A stretch of 64,000 nt of DNA, taken from assembly GCA_029781975.1 (NCBI GenBank), contig JAKOVQ010000010.1:234375-298374 (forward strand). Reading direction: 5' to 3'. The translations under genes were made by a program, and so were the position numbers. This stretch comes from Acidobacteriota bacterium (lineage in GTDB: Bacteria; Acidobacteriota; Thermoanaerobaculia; UBA5066). Positions 46,292 through 55,297 of the stretch are shown piece by piece (position 1 is the first letter of the stretch; each line of letters begins with the position of its first letter). Under the pieces are notes generated by a model, which worked only from the letters and a program-made list of their open reading frames with translations, had not been told where the DNA came from and did no database searches.

Positions 46292-47992
46292 CTACGGGTT
46301 CATCGCGTAGGTGTCGCGGAGCGAGAGGACCTTCTCCTCCCACACCCGCCTCGTCCGCGCCTCGTCCACCGCGGGCTTGCGGATCGCCTTCAGGCAGAGC
46401 TCCATCTGCCGGGCCGTCGTCGACGGCTTGTCGTGGAGCTGGAGCGCGTACCGCGAGAAGTCGCGGACGAGGAAGTCGAAGACCTGGTCCACGGTGTCGC
46501 GGTCGACGCCGAGGAGCTCGGCGTTCTCCAGGACGAGCTGCCCGTAGACGACCAGCGTGAAGAGCTCGCCGACCGAAAGGAGGAGGTCGACGTCCTTCTG
46601 CTGCTCGTCGGTCGGGGACGCCGTCGCGAGGAGCTCCTGGAAGAGGGCCGTCTGCTCGCGGAAGAGCGCCACGTTCGGGACGTCGCCGAAGCGCGCGTAG
46701 ACCGGCCGGAAATCGTGGAAGCGGATCTTCCCGAGGCCGCTCGCCGGCCCCTGCCGGAAGAGGAACGCGTCGTGAGCGGGGTCGGTCCGGCTCGGGACGT
46801 CGGGGTACGGCGCCGGGCGGAAGAAGTAGTTCGGAAGGAACTTCACGATGAGGGCGATGTTGACGTGGACCGTCCCCTCGAGCTTCGGCAGCGCCCGGAT
46901 GTCGCGCGCCGCCATCTCGAAGTACATGTCCTTCTCGAACCCCTTGGCGGCGATCACGTCCCAGAGGAGGTCGATCACCTTCTCCCCCTCGGTCGTCACC
47001 TTCATCTTCACGACCGGGTTGTAGAGGAGGTAGCGCCGGTCCTCGAGCGACGCCGAACGGAAGTAGTCGGAGGCCCTCAGCGCGAAGAGCTTCATCGCCA
47101 CGAGCCGCGCCCACCCTTCCGTGAACATCCGCTTCACGTGCGCGAAGTCGGTGACCGACATCCCGTAGAGCCGCCGCGCCGCCGCGTGGTTCAGCGCCTC
47201 GTGAAAGGCGTGGGCGCAGATGCCGATGGACGCCCAGCCGAGGTTGTACTTGCCGACGTTGACGGTGTTGAGCGAGGCGTCCCACGCGTCCCGTCCCCGG
47301 AGGAGGATCCCCCCCTCGGTGACGACGAGGTCGTTCAGGGCGAACTCGGCGACGTACGACTGGCTCGCCACGACGTTCTTCACCAGCTCGTAGCCGGGCT
47401 GCTTCGGGTCGGTGGCGAAGAAGACGTACTCGTCGCTCCCGGCCACCTTGCCGAAGACCGAGACCATCGCCGCCTCGTTCCCGTTGCCGATGTAGTACTT
47501 GCTCCCCCGCGCCCGGTACGTCCCGTCCGGCTGCGGGTGGAGCATCGTCCCGGTCGAGTAGATGTCGGCCCCGTGCTCCTTCTCCGAGAGGCCGAACGCG
47601 AAGATCCCGCCGTCGGAAAGGTGCGCGGCGGCCTTCCGCTTCAGCGCCTCGCTCGGGCTCATCCAGATCGGGCCCAGGCCGAGGATCGAGACCTGCCACG
47701 TGTACCAGTAGCAGAGGCCGTAGAAGCCGAGCACCTCGTTGAGGGCGCAGTTGCGGTAGGTGTCCCAGCGGCTGTCGGGCCCGCCGTACTCGGGCGGCGT
47801 CAGGAAGTCGGCGAAGACCCGCTCCTTCCGCACGAAGTCGAGGAAGTCCGCGTACCAGACTCGGTTCAGGTCGTCCTCGCGCAGGCGGGCCTTCCCCTTC
47901 GCCTCGAAGAACGCGATCGTCCTCTCGACGACCTCCCGCGAGCGGGGGTCGAGGGCGTAGGCGGTCGGCCGCTTGGGATTCAGGACGTTCAT
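46292..47992 (-). CDS. Acyl-CoA dehydrogenase family protein (long-form, about 566 aa)
   Basis: ACAD-like motifs FGLSEKEHGAD and YYIGNGNEAAMVSVF; the catalytic-base region near YNPVVKMKV…E; the overall ACAD three-domain length. Confidence 0.65.
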   Translation of the reverse strand: MNVLNPKRPTAYALDPRSREVVERTIAFFEAKGKARLREDDLNRVWYADFLDFVRKERVFADFLTPPEYGGPDSRWDTYRNCALNEVLGFYGLCYWYTWQVSILGLGPIWMSPSEALKRKAAAHLSDGGIFAFGLSEKEHGADIYSTGTMLHPQPDGTYRARGSKYYIGNGNEAAMVSVFGKVAGSDEYVFFATDPKQPGYELVKNVVASQSYVAEFALNDLVVTEGGILLRGRDAWDASLNTVNVGKYNLGWASIGICAHAFHEALNHAAARRLYGMSVTDFAHVKRMFTEGWARLVAMKLFALRASDYFRSASLEDRRYLLYNPVVKMKVTTEGEKVIDLLWDVIAAKGFEKDMYFEMAARDIRALPKLEGTVHVNIALIVKFLPNYFFRPAPYPDVPSRTDPAHDAFLFRQGPASGLGKIRFHDFRPVYARFGDVPNVALFREQTALFQELLATASPTDEQQKDVDLLLSVGELFTLVVYGQLVLENAELLGVDRDTVDQVFDFLVRDFSRYALQLHDKPSTTARQMELCLKAIRKPAVDEARTRRVWEEKVLSLRDTYAMNP

Positions 47993-48096
47993 GTGATCCT
48001 CCTCACCGGGAGGCCGATTATCCGACGGGACGCCGCAACGCAGCGCGCCCGATAATCGTCCAAGCTCCCCGAGCCCCTCTCCCGACGGAGGTCCCG

Positions 48097-51000
48097 ATGA
48101 AGATGCGTCTCCCGTCGCTCCGCCCCCGCCTCGCCGCCTCGTTCGCGCTTGCGTCCCTGCTCGCCGCCGGCGCCTCGCGGGCCGCGACGGTCACCTGGAC
48201 CGGCGGCGCGTCCGGGGCGTGGGAGACCCCGGGGAGCTGGAGCGCGGGCCGCGTGCCGGGCGCTGGCGACGACGTGGTCATCGACGGCGCGGTGACCGTC
48301 GTGACCCAGGAGGCGGCCACGGCCGGGACCCTGACGATCGGACACCAGGGGGGGGCCGCGAGGCCGTCGCTCGTCGTGGCGTCCACCCTCGACGTCGGAG
48401 CGGCGACCCTCTGGAGCGGGAGCCTGATCGTCGCCGCCGGGCCGGTCCGCGCGACGGCGGGCGTCTTCGTCCGCGGAGGGATCTACTCCAGCGCGGGACC
48501 CCTCGTCGGGAACCTCGACAACGACGGCGGCTGGGTCAACCCGAACGGCCTCTCGGTCTTCACCGTCTCCGGGAGCTACCGCCAGAGCGCCCGGTCGGGG
48601 CTGGTCGTCCTGGCGAACGGGACGGTCCCGGGCGTCTCCCTGGGACAGCTGGCGGTCTCCGGGTCCGCGATCCTCGACGGCTTCGTCCTCGTGGGACCGT
48701 ACGACACGTACCAGCCGGCCGCCGGCGACTCGTTCCGCGTCCTGGCCTACGGGGCGCGGAGCGGGCGATTCTCGTACGTCCAGGTCGGGGCGTTCGCCTC
48801 GGCCGTCTGCTTCCGGCAGAGCTACGGCTCCGGCGCGCTGACGCTGACCTCGACGACGGCGTCGCTTCCGGCGCCGGTCCTCACCTCGTTCCCGACCGCC
48901 CCCGTCACCGCGGGGAGCCGCTTCACCCTGGCCTGGAGCCCGGTCTTCGGCACGGCACGCGAGGGACGCTACGAAGTCCTCGCCTCGGCGAAGGCCGACT
49001 GCAGCGCGCCCCGCACGTTCACCACGACCGACCCCTCCCTCACGGTCCCGACCGAGGCCGGACAGGACGCCTCCTATTGCATCGCCGTCCGCGCGGTCTC
49101 GAGCGACGGTTGCGCGAGCGACGCCTCCCCGCCCGTCGTCGTCCAGGTGAAGGCGGCGCTCCCCTCCTTCGAGGTCGTGAAGCCCCAGCGCCCGCTCGCC
49201 GTGGCGAACCAGGGCCAGCCAGCGACGGCGACGTCGAGCGTCGCCTTCCGTAACGTCGGCGCGAGCCCCGGCTCCCTCCAGCTGGCGGCGCAGGGCGGCT
49301 TCTTCTCCGTGGCCCCGGCGGAATTCCCGGACGTCGCGCCAGGCCAGACCGTCGTCGCGACGCTCTCCTTCTCGGGGGCGTCGACCGTCCAGCCCGGCAT
49401 CCGGCTCGGGAGGCTCGTCGGCGCCTGGCAGGTCCAGGGCCAGCCGAGGGGGACGGCCACCCCGGTCCTCCTGGCGGTCCTTCCGGGGACGCCGCTCGCC
49501 AGCTCCGGATCGCGCCCCGAGCCGGTCGGCACGAACGAGATCCACTTCCGCACCTACGGCCCCGGATCCCCGACCCCGCGGCAGGCCACCATCCGGAACA
49601 CCGGGAGCAAGGCCTTGCGGCTGACGCCGGCGATCGGCCCGGGTGGAGCATGGCTCTCCGTGAGCGGCGACTTCACGACCCCTCTCGCGCCGGGCGAGGA
49701 GCGGGCCTTCACCCTCTCCGTCGACCGGACCCTGCGCTCCTCGGCGGACGGCCCCCCGCCGCTCGTCACCCTCCTCCGCTTCCAGAACGCGGACGGCACC
49801 GCGGACGACACGACCGACTTCCAGGTCTTCGACGAGGAGCTCCCGACCCCGGCGTCGGGGAGCGGCCGCCCCGCGCTCGCTCCCGGCGAGACCTCGCTCG
49901 TCTTCGGCTCCTCGGTGAGCGCCCAGGGAGCCGGGGCGACCTTCGTCTCCGACGGCTGGATCCGCAACGGCGGCTCCGACCCCGCCCCCCTCACCGTCTA
50001 CTACAGCCCCGACGGCGCCGCCGACGCCGACTCGCTGAAGAGCTCGTTCCTACTCCCGGCCTACACGACCGTCCGCCTCTCCGACTTCGTCCAGGGGCTC
50101 TTCGAGCGGAGCGGCAGCGGCCACGTGGAGGTCCGCTCGCCGGCGCTCGCCTCGCTCTCGGTGCGGACCACCGTCGACTCGCTCGTCACGAAGGGGGGGA
50201 TCGCCGTCCGCTACGGCGCCGAGATCCCGGTCGTGACAGCCGGCCAGGGGGTGGGATCGGACGAGGCGCCCGGCGCGTCGCTCTTCGTCACCGGGATCCG
50301 CGGCGGAGCGGGAGCGCCCTTCCGGACGAACGTGATCCTCGCCGAGACGTCGGGACGGGGCGCGACGGTCCTCCTCCGGCTCCGGGACGCGGCGGGGAGC
50401 GTCGTCTCCGAGGTCCAGAAGAGCGTCGCCGCCCACTCCAAGCTCCAGGTCAACGCGACCGACACGACCCTCTTCCCGTCCGCGGCCGCCTACGACCACG
50501 GTAGCCTCGAGGTCGTCCGCGTCGCCGGGACGGGGACCGTGGCCGCCTTCGCCACCGTGATCGACAACGCCTCCCAGGCGTACACGACGCGCCTCGGCCG
50601 CTTCCTCCCGTCGGCGACCGCGCCGAGCTCGGTGGCGATCGCCGCGCCCGGCCTCCGCGCGGGGACCCCGGCAGACGCGCCGCTCCTCGCCGCCTCGGCC
50701 ACCACGCTTCGCGCCGTCCTCCCCGCGGCCGCGCGCACCGAGGGGGTCAACGACTCCTTCTTCACCACCTCGGTCAGCCTGACGAACGGCTCCGCGGAGG
50801 CCGCCAGCGTCCAGCTGACCTACCGCCCAGACGTCGGAGACCCGGTCGGCCCGCTCCCGCTCACCGTCGCCGCGCGTGCGACCGTGACGCTCGACGACGT
50901 CGTGGGGACCTTCTTCCACCTCGCGACCGACACTGCCGGCACCGTCCTCTTCGAGGGGGACGACCTCGCGCGCCTCACCGTCGCCTCCGACACCTCGACG

Positions 51001-51480
51001 CCGATCGACCGGAGCCACCCGGAGAAGGGCGTCTCCCTCTCCACCCTCGCCTGGTACTCCGACTCCTCCCCCGAGGTCTTCGGCGCGCCCGAGTCGGGCG
51101 CCTCCGCGAACGTCGTCTCCCACCCCGGCCTCGAGGAGAGCGCGCAGTTCCGGACCAACCTCGTCCTCGCCGAGGTGACGGGCCAGCCCGCGACGGTTCG
51201 CGTCCGGATTACCGCCAAGGGCTCCGGCGGCGCCCCGCTCGCCGACCGCGAGGTCTCTCTCCCGCCGTTCGGCCGGGTCCAGATCAACCGCTTCCTCCGC
51301 GACCTGACCGGCCAGCCCGACGCCGAGCTCGTCGACGTCGAGACCTCGGTCGAGGCCGAGTCCGGCACGGGGCGCGTCGTCGTCCTCGCGACGAAGATCG
51401 CGAACGATCCCTCCTCCAAGCGCTCCGACATCTACGTCTTCCGCCCGACGGGGGAGGCCCAGGGGGCGATCGGGTTCTGA
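48097..51480 (+). CDS. Large secreted hypothetical protein (1127 aa, beta-rich, possible adhesin or surface protein)
   Basis: Signal peptide MKMRLPSLRPRLAASFALASLLAAGASRA. It is Gly/Ser/Thr/Val-rich with repeated beta-strand-like segments. No catalytic motif recognised. Confidence 0.55.
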   Translation: MKMRLPSLRPRLAASFALASLLAAGASRAATVTWTGGASGAWETPGSWSAGRVPGAGDDVVIDGAVTVVTQEAATAGTLTIGHQGGAARPSLVVASTLDVGAATLWSGSLIVAAGPVRATAGVFVRGGIYSSAGPLVGNLDNDGGWVNPNGLSVFTVSGSYRQSARSGLVVLANGTVPGVSLGQLAVSGSAILDGFVLVGPYDTYQPAAGDSFRVLAYGARSGRFSYVQVGAFASAVCFRQSYGSGALTLTSTTASLPAPVLTSFPTAPVTAGSRFTLAWSPVFGTAREGRYEVLASAKADCSAPRTFTTTDPSLTVPTEAGQDASYCIAVRAVSSDGCASDASPPVVVQVKAALPSFEVVKPQRPLAVANQGQPATATSSVAFRNVGASPGSLQLAAQGGFFSVAPAEFPDVAPGQTVVATLSFSGASTVQPGIRLGRLVGAWQVQGQPRGTATPVLLAVLPGTPLASSGSRPEPVGTNEIHFRTYGPGSPTPRQATIRNTGSKALRLTPAIGPGGAWLSVSGDFTTPLAPGEERAFTLSVDRTLRSSADGPPPLVTLLRFQNADGTADDTTDFQVFDEELPTPASGSGRPALAPGETSLVFGSSVSAQGAGATFVSDGWIRNGGSDPAPLTVYYSPDGAADADSLKSSFLLPAYTTVRLSDFVQGLFERSGSGHVEVRSPALASLSVRTTVDSLVTKGGIAVRYGAEIPVVTAGQGVGSDEAPGASLFVTGIRGGAGAPFRTNVILAETSGRGATVLLRLRDAAGSVVSEVQKSVAAHSKLQVNATDTTLFPSAAAYDHGSLEVVRVAGTGTVAAFATVIDNASQAYTTRLGRFLPSATAPSSVAIAAPGLRAGTPADAPLLAASATTLRAVLPAAARTEGVNDSFFTTSVSLTNGSAEAASVQLTYRPDVGDPVGPLPLTVAARATVTLDDVVGTFFHLATDTAGTVLFEGDDLARLTVASDTSTPIDRSHPEKGVSLSTLAWYSDSSPEVFGAPESGASANVVSHPGLEESAQFRTNLVLAEVTGQPATVRVRITAKGSGGAPLADREVSLPPFGRVQINRFLRDLTGQPDAELVDVETSVEAESGTGRVVVLATKIANDPSSKRSDIYVFRPTGEAQGAIGF

Positions 51481-51486
51481 GGGGCC

Positions 51487-53787
51487 TCAGCGGCGGCGGA
51501 TCCGGGCGAGGGCCGCGGCCACGAGGAGGCCCGCGACGCTGACCGCCGCGCCGGCCGGGACCAGGGGGTTCCGGTAGACGAGCGAGACCCGGTGCCGGCC
51601 CGGAGGGACGAGCAGCGCGCCGAGGGAGAGGTCGGTCAGCAGGTACGGCGTGCGCGCCCCGTCCACGCGCGCCCCCCACCCGGCGTCCCACGTCTGGTTC
51701 ACGGCCACGAGCGCGGGGAGCGGCCCGTCGACGGCGACGTCGAGCTCCAGGTCGTCCGGCCGCCACGACGAGACCGTCACGCTCCCCCGCGACGGAGCGG
51801 GGGGCACCGCCGCCGCCCCCTCCTGCCCCGCTTCGAGACATGCCGCGCCCGCCGCGGCGGGGCCGAGGCCGAGGACGGCCTCCCGCCAGCCGGGGACTCC
51901 GGTCACGGCGACGGCGCGATCGACGCAGAACGCGAGCGGCCGGGACCCCACCACCTGGGAGAGCTCCAGGAGGGTGTCCAGCGGCAGCCGCTCGGCGACG
52001 CGGGGATCGCGGGGCGCCCCCGGCCGGAACCTCAGGACCGCACCGATCCCTCGTCGCGCCAGGACCGGACCGGCGAGCTCCGGGTGATCCCGCAGCAGGT
52101 TCGACACCGCGTTGGTCGCCCGCGCGCTCCAGGCCAGCTCGGTCAGGTCGTAGTCGCGGTCGAGCGCGGTCCTCAGTCCCCACTGCGCGGGACCGGGCGG
52201 GATGGCCAGGCCGGGGAGCCCGCCGAGGGTGGGGTGGTAGGAGGCGAGGTGGAAGAGGGCCCGATCGAAGCCACCTCCGAGGAGGGGACGGAGCCGCCCC
52301 GGCGGCGTCGCCAGGGCTGCCACGGGCCTCGACGGAACGAGGACGGGTCCGGCGAGGACGAGGTCGACGAGCGTCACGCCCGCCGGGATCCACGCCCCCA
52401 GCCACGCGGCGCGAGATCGGCAGGCCGCCAGGAGAACGGCCGCGCACCCCGCCACGAGCGCCGCACGGAGGAGGCGCGGGACCAGGACGGCGCCCATCGG
52501 ACCGCCGATCGCGTGGACCGACGCGCCGGCGAGGAGACAGAGCCCGGCGAGCGCCGCCGCCGCTGCGGCGAGCCGCCCCGGCGACGGTCTCTCGCGGATC
52601 AGCGCCTCCAGCCCGAGGCAGGCCGAGACCACGAGCGCGACGACGAGAAGGAGGAGGGCCTTCTCCGGATACCTCAGGGACGAGAGTCCCGGCAGCCGGC
52701 GGAGGAGCGGCCAGACCGGGAGGTGGGTCCCCATCCCGACGACCAACCCCAGGACGCCGGTGGGGAGCCAGACCCGGCGGGCGGGACCCTTCCGGGACCA
52801 CGCGAAGAGCGCGAGAGCGGCGACCAGGAGCCCCGGGTAGAGGGAGTTGAGGAAGGGGCCGTCCCGGCCGGGGTAGAGCGCCGCGGCGAGCCGGATCGCG
52901 GCCGCCCCCCCTCCGGGAACGAGCCCCGGGACGGCCACCTCCCAAAGGCGCTCCGCCGGGAAGGACCAGAGCCCGGCGACCTCCGCGCTGATCCCCCCGG
53001 CCCGGGACGTCTTGCGCGCGTGGTCGAGGCCGGGCAGCAGGACCGCGGCGCCGATCGCGAGCCCCAGCAGGAGGCCGAGGACCAGCCCGCGGGCCGCCGC
53101 GAGCGTCCGCAGCCGCGGCGGCGTCCGCGACGGGAGACTCCCGCCGTCCGCCCCGATCAGGAGGCCGTGCGCGGCGGCGGCCGCGAGGAGGGGCGCGGAG
53201 AGGAGCAGCGTGGACGGCTCGCCCGCCAGCGCGACGAGGCCAAACGTCACGCCGAGGCCGGCCACGTCGCCCGTGCCCCCGCCCGCTCCGAGCCGGACGG
53301 CGAACGCCAGGACCGCCGGAAGGACCGAGACGGCGAGGAGGATCGGCAGCAGGCACGTCGTCGAGAGGAGGTAGCCCCCGAAACCCCACGAGAGCGCGGC
53401 CAGGAGGGCGGCCGGGGCGGACGCGCCGACCGACCGGCAGAGGAAGAGCATCGGGAACGGCGCGAGGACGACCGGGAGGATCGCCTGGAGCCGGAACGCC
53501 CAGTCGAAGCGGAGGAGGAGGAAGAGCGCCGTGAGCGGGTGGAACAGCTCGTGCTCCGGGTTCGCGGCGAAGGGCTGCCCGGAGGCGAGGAAGGGATTCC
53601 AGAGCGGAGGCCACGCGCTCGCGCGCGTCAGCGGCGCGACGAGCGACTTGGCCGGCCAGTAGTAGGCGGAGAGGTCGCCCGCGGACGGGACCCGCCCCGA
53701 GAAGAGGAGGTCCCGGAAGAGGAAGGCGGCTCCGATCCCGACCGCGGCGAGCGCTACGGCGCTTGCGCCGCGCCTTTCGACCTGCAC
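51487..53787 (-). CDS. YfhO-like polytopic membrane protein (putative glycosyltransferase-type membrane protein)
   Basis: At least 12 hydrophobic segments in the N-terminal 450 aa, then a soluble C-terminal domain and a final TM segment (VSVAGLLVAAALARI). The architecture matches the YfhO family. The call rests on architecture only. Confidence 0.45.
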   Translation of the reverse strand: MQVERRGASAVALAAVGIGAAFLFRDLLFSGRVPSAGDLSAYYWPAKSLVAPLTRASAWPPLWNPFLASGQPFAANPEHELFHPLTALFLLLRFDWAFRLQAILPVVLAPFPMLFLCRSVGASAPAALLAALSWGFGGYLLSTTCLLPILLAVSVLPAVLAFAVRLGAGGGTGDVAGLGVTFGLVALAGEPSTLLLSAPLLAAAAAHGLLIGADGGSLPSRTPPRLRTLAAARGLVLGLLLGLAIGAAVLLPGLDHARKTSRAGGISAEVAGLWSFPAERLWEVAVPGLVPGGGAAAIRLAAALYPGRDGPFLNSLYPGLLVAALALFAWSRKGPARRVWLPTGVLGLVVGMGTHLPVWPLLRRLPGLSSLRYPEKALLLLVVALVVSACLGLEALIRERPSPGRLAAAAAALAGLCLLAGASVHAIGGPMGAVLVPRLLRAALVAGCAAVLLAACRSRAAWLGAWIPAGVTLVDLVLAGPVLVPSRPVAALATPPGRLRPLLGGGFDRALFHLASYHPTLGGLPGLAIPPGPAQWGLRTALDRDYDLTELAWSARATNAVSNLLRDHPELAGPVLARRGIGAVLRFRPGAPRDPRVAERLPLDTLLELSQVVGSRPLAFCVDRAVAVTGVPGWREAVLGLGPAAAGAACLEAGQEGAAAVPPAPSRGSVTVSSWRPDDLELDVAVDGPLPALVAVNQTWDAGWGARVDGARTPYLLTDLSLGALLVPPGRHRVSLVYRNPLVPAGAAVSVAGLLVAAALARIRRR

Positions 53788-53893
53788 GAGGAGGCGAGTC
53801 TAGGGGGACGGGCCGAGGCGTGTCGAGGGCAGGGGCGACACCAGGCCCGCCCTGGAGTTATGCTGCCTTGGATCGACTGTACGGGGAATCGCC

Positions 53894-54484
53894 ATGAGGG
53901 ACCCCGAGGCGCCTGAATCACTGGCCGGCCTGGCGGAGCGGATCCGCCGTGGTGAGGGTGCGGCCGACGAGGAGCTCTTTCGCCGGTTCCACGAGAAGGT
54001 CTTCGTCATGGCGCTGGTCCGCACGCGAGACCGCGAGGCGGCACGCGACGTCGCGCAGGAGACGATGCTCGCCGTTCTCACGGGGGTCCGACAGGGTCGG
54101 CTTCTCGAGCCCGAAAAGCTCGCCGGGTACGTCTGCGGCACCGCCCGTAACCTCGTCCACGAGCACCTTCGGGCCAACCGGCCCCGCCCGGGTCTCACCG
54201 GAGCGGACCCGCCCGTGGTCCGCGGCGCCGACGAAGAGCTGGAGGAGGCCGAGCGGAGCTTCCTCGTCCACCGGGTCCTCCGGAGCCTCACCTCCCCGGA
54301 CCGAGCCGTCCTCGTCCTTACGCTCGTCGACGGGCTCGCCCCCGCCGAGATCGCCGGGCGCCTCGGCCTGCAGCCCGAGGCCGTCCGCCAACGGAAGTCG
54401 CGCGCGCTCCGGCGCGCGCGCGCCCTCCTCGAGCAGCTGTCACGTCCGACGCGCGAACGCCACCTTGCTGTGAGGGGAACGTGA
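53894..54484 (+). CDS. ECF-subfamily RNA polymerase sigma-70 factor
   Basis: Region 2: FHEKVFVMALVRTRDREAARDVAQETMLAV. Region 4 HTH: LTSPDRAVLVLTLVDGLAPAEIAGRLGLQPEAVRQRKSRAL. Confidence 0.85.
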   Translation: MRDPEAPESLAGLAERIRRGEGAADEELFRRFHEKVFVMALVRTRDREAARDVAQETMLAVLTGVRQGRLLEPEKLAGYVCGTARNLVHEHLRANRPRPGLTGADPPVVRGADEELEEAERSFLVHRVLRSLTSPDRAVLVLTLVDGLAPAEIAGRLGLQPEAVRQRKSRALRRARALLEQLSRPTRERHLAVRGT

Positions 54485-55275
54485 CGACCTGCTCCGAGCG
54501 TTGGCCGGCGGAGACCGCCGAGCGCTACCTCCAGGGACGCCTGGAGGAGGCCGAGGCCTCGGCCTACGAGGAGCATTTCTTCGCGTGCGAGGACTGCTTC
54601 GCCACGCTGCGGGACCTCCGGGCCCTGCGGGAGGCCCTCGCCCGGAGCCGGCGGGACGTCGAGGCGGCCCCGTGGCTCGGCCGCCGGCTCGCGTGGGCGT
54701 CCGTCGCCGCGGCCGTCCTCGTCCTCGGCTCCTCCGGCGCGTTCTGGCTCCTCCGGCGGACCCCCTCCGTCCCCTCCGCTGCACCACCGGCTCCGGTGGC
54801 CGTCGCCTCGCCGGTGATCCCGGACGCAACGCAGCTCGCCGAGCTCGCCCGGGTCGACCCGCCGCGGTACGAGCCGCTCCGCCTTCGAGGCCACGAGGAC
54901 GCCGCGGCCGTGCGATTCCGGAAGGCGATGGAGCCGTACGCCCGAGGGACGTGGGCCGCGGCGCTCCCCCTCCTCACCGAGGCGTCGCGGCTCGACCCGA
55001 AGGACGCGAGGTCGGCCTTCTACGAGGGCGCCTGCGCCCTCCTCGTGGGCCGGGCGGAGCAAGGGATCGATTCGTTCCGCCGGGTGGTCGCCCTCGGGGA
55101 AACGCCCTACCTCGAGGAGGCTCGTTTCTACCTGGCCAAGGCTTACCTGGGCGCCGGGGACCTCCAGGCAGCCCGGGGGGAGCTGAACGAGGTCGTCAGG
55201 CTCGAGGGAGACCGCCGGGACGAGGCCCGCCGGCTCCTCGAGCGGCTCGACGCGATCGGGGCACCGGCCCGATGA
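54481..55275 (+). CDS. Anti-sigma factor (ZAS-like HxxxCxxC zinc motif, one TM segment, periplasmic TPR-like domain)
   Basis: The GTG at 54481 overlaps the sigma-factor stop (GTGA). Zinc motif EEHFFACEDCF; TM segment LAWASVAAAVLVLGSSGAFWLL; C-terminal TPR-like repeats (AFYEGACALLVGRAEQGIDSF…ARFYLAKAYLGAGDLQAA). Confidence 0.75.
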   Translation: MTTCSERWPAETAERYLQGRLEEAEASAYEEHFFACEDCFATLRDLRALREALARSRRDVEAAPWLGRRLAWASVAAAVLVLGSSGAFWLLRRTPSVPSAAPPAPVAVASPVIPDATQLAELARVDPPRYEPLRLRGHEDAAAVRFRKAMEPYARGTWAAALPLLTEASRLDPKDARSAFYEGACALLVGRAEQGIDSFRRVVALGETPYLEEARFYLAKAYLGAGDLQAARGELNEVVRLEGDRRDEARRLLERLDAIGAPAR

Positions 55276-55297
55276 GCCCCGCGGGGAGGAGTCCGCC

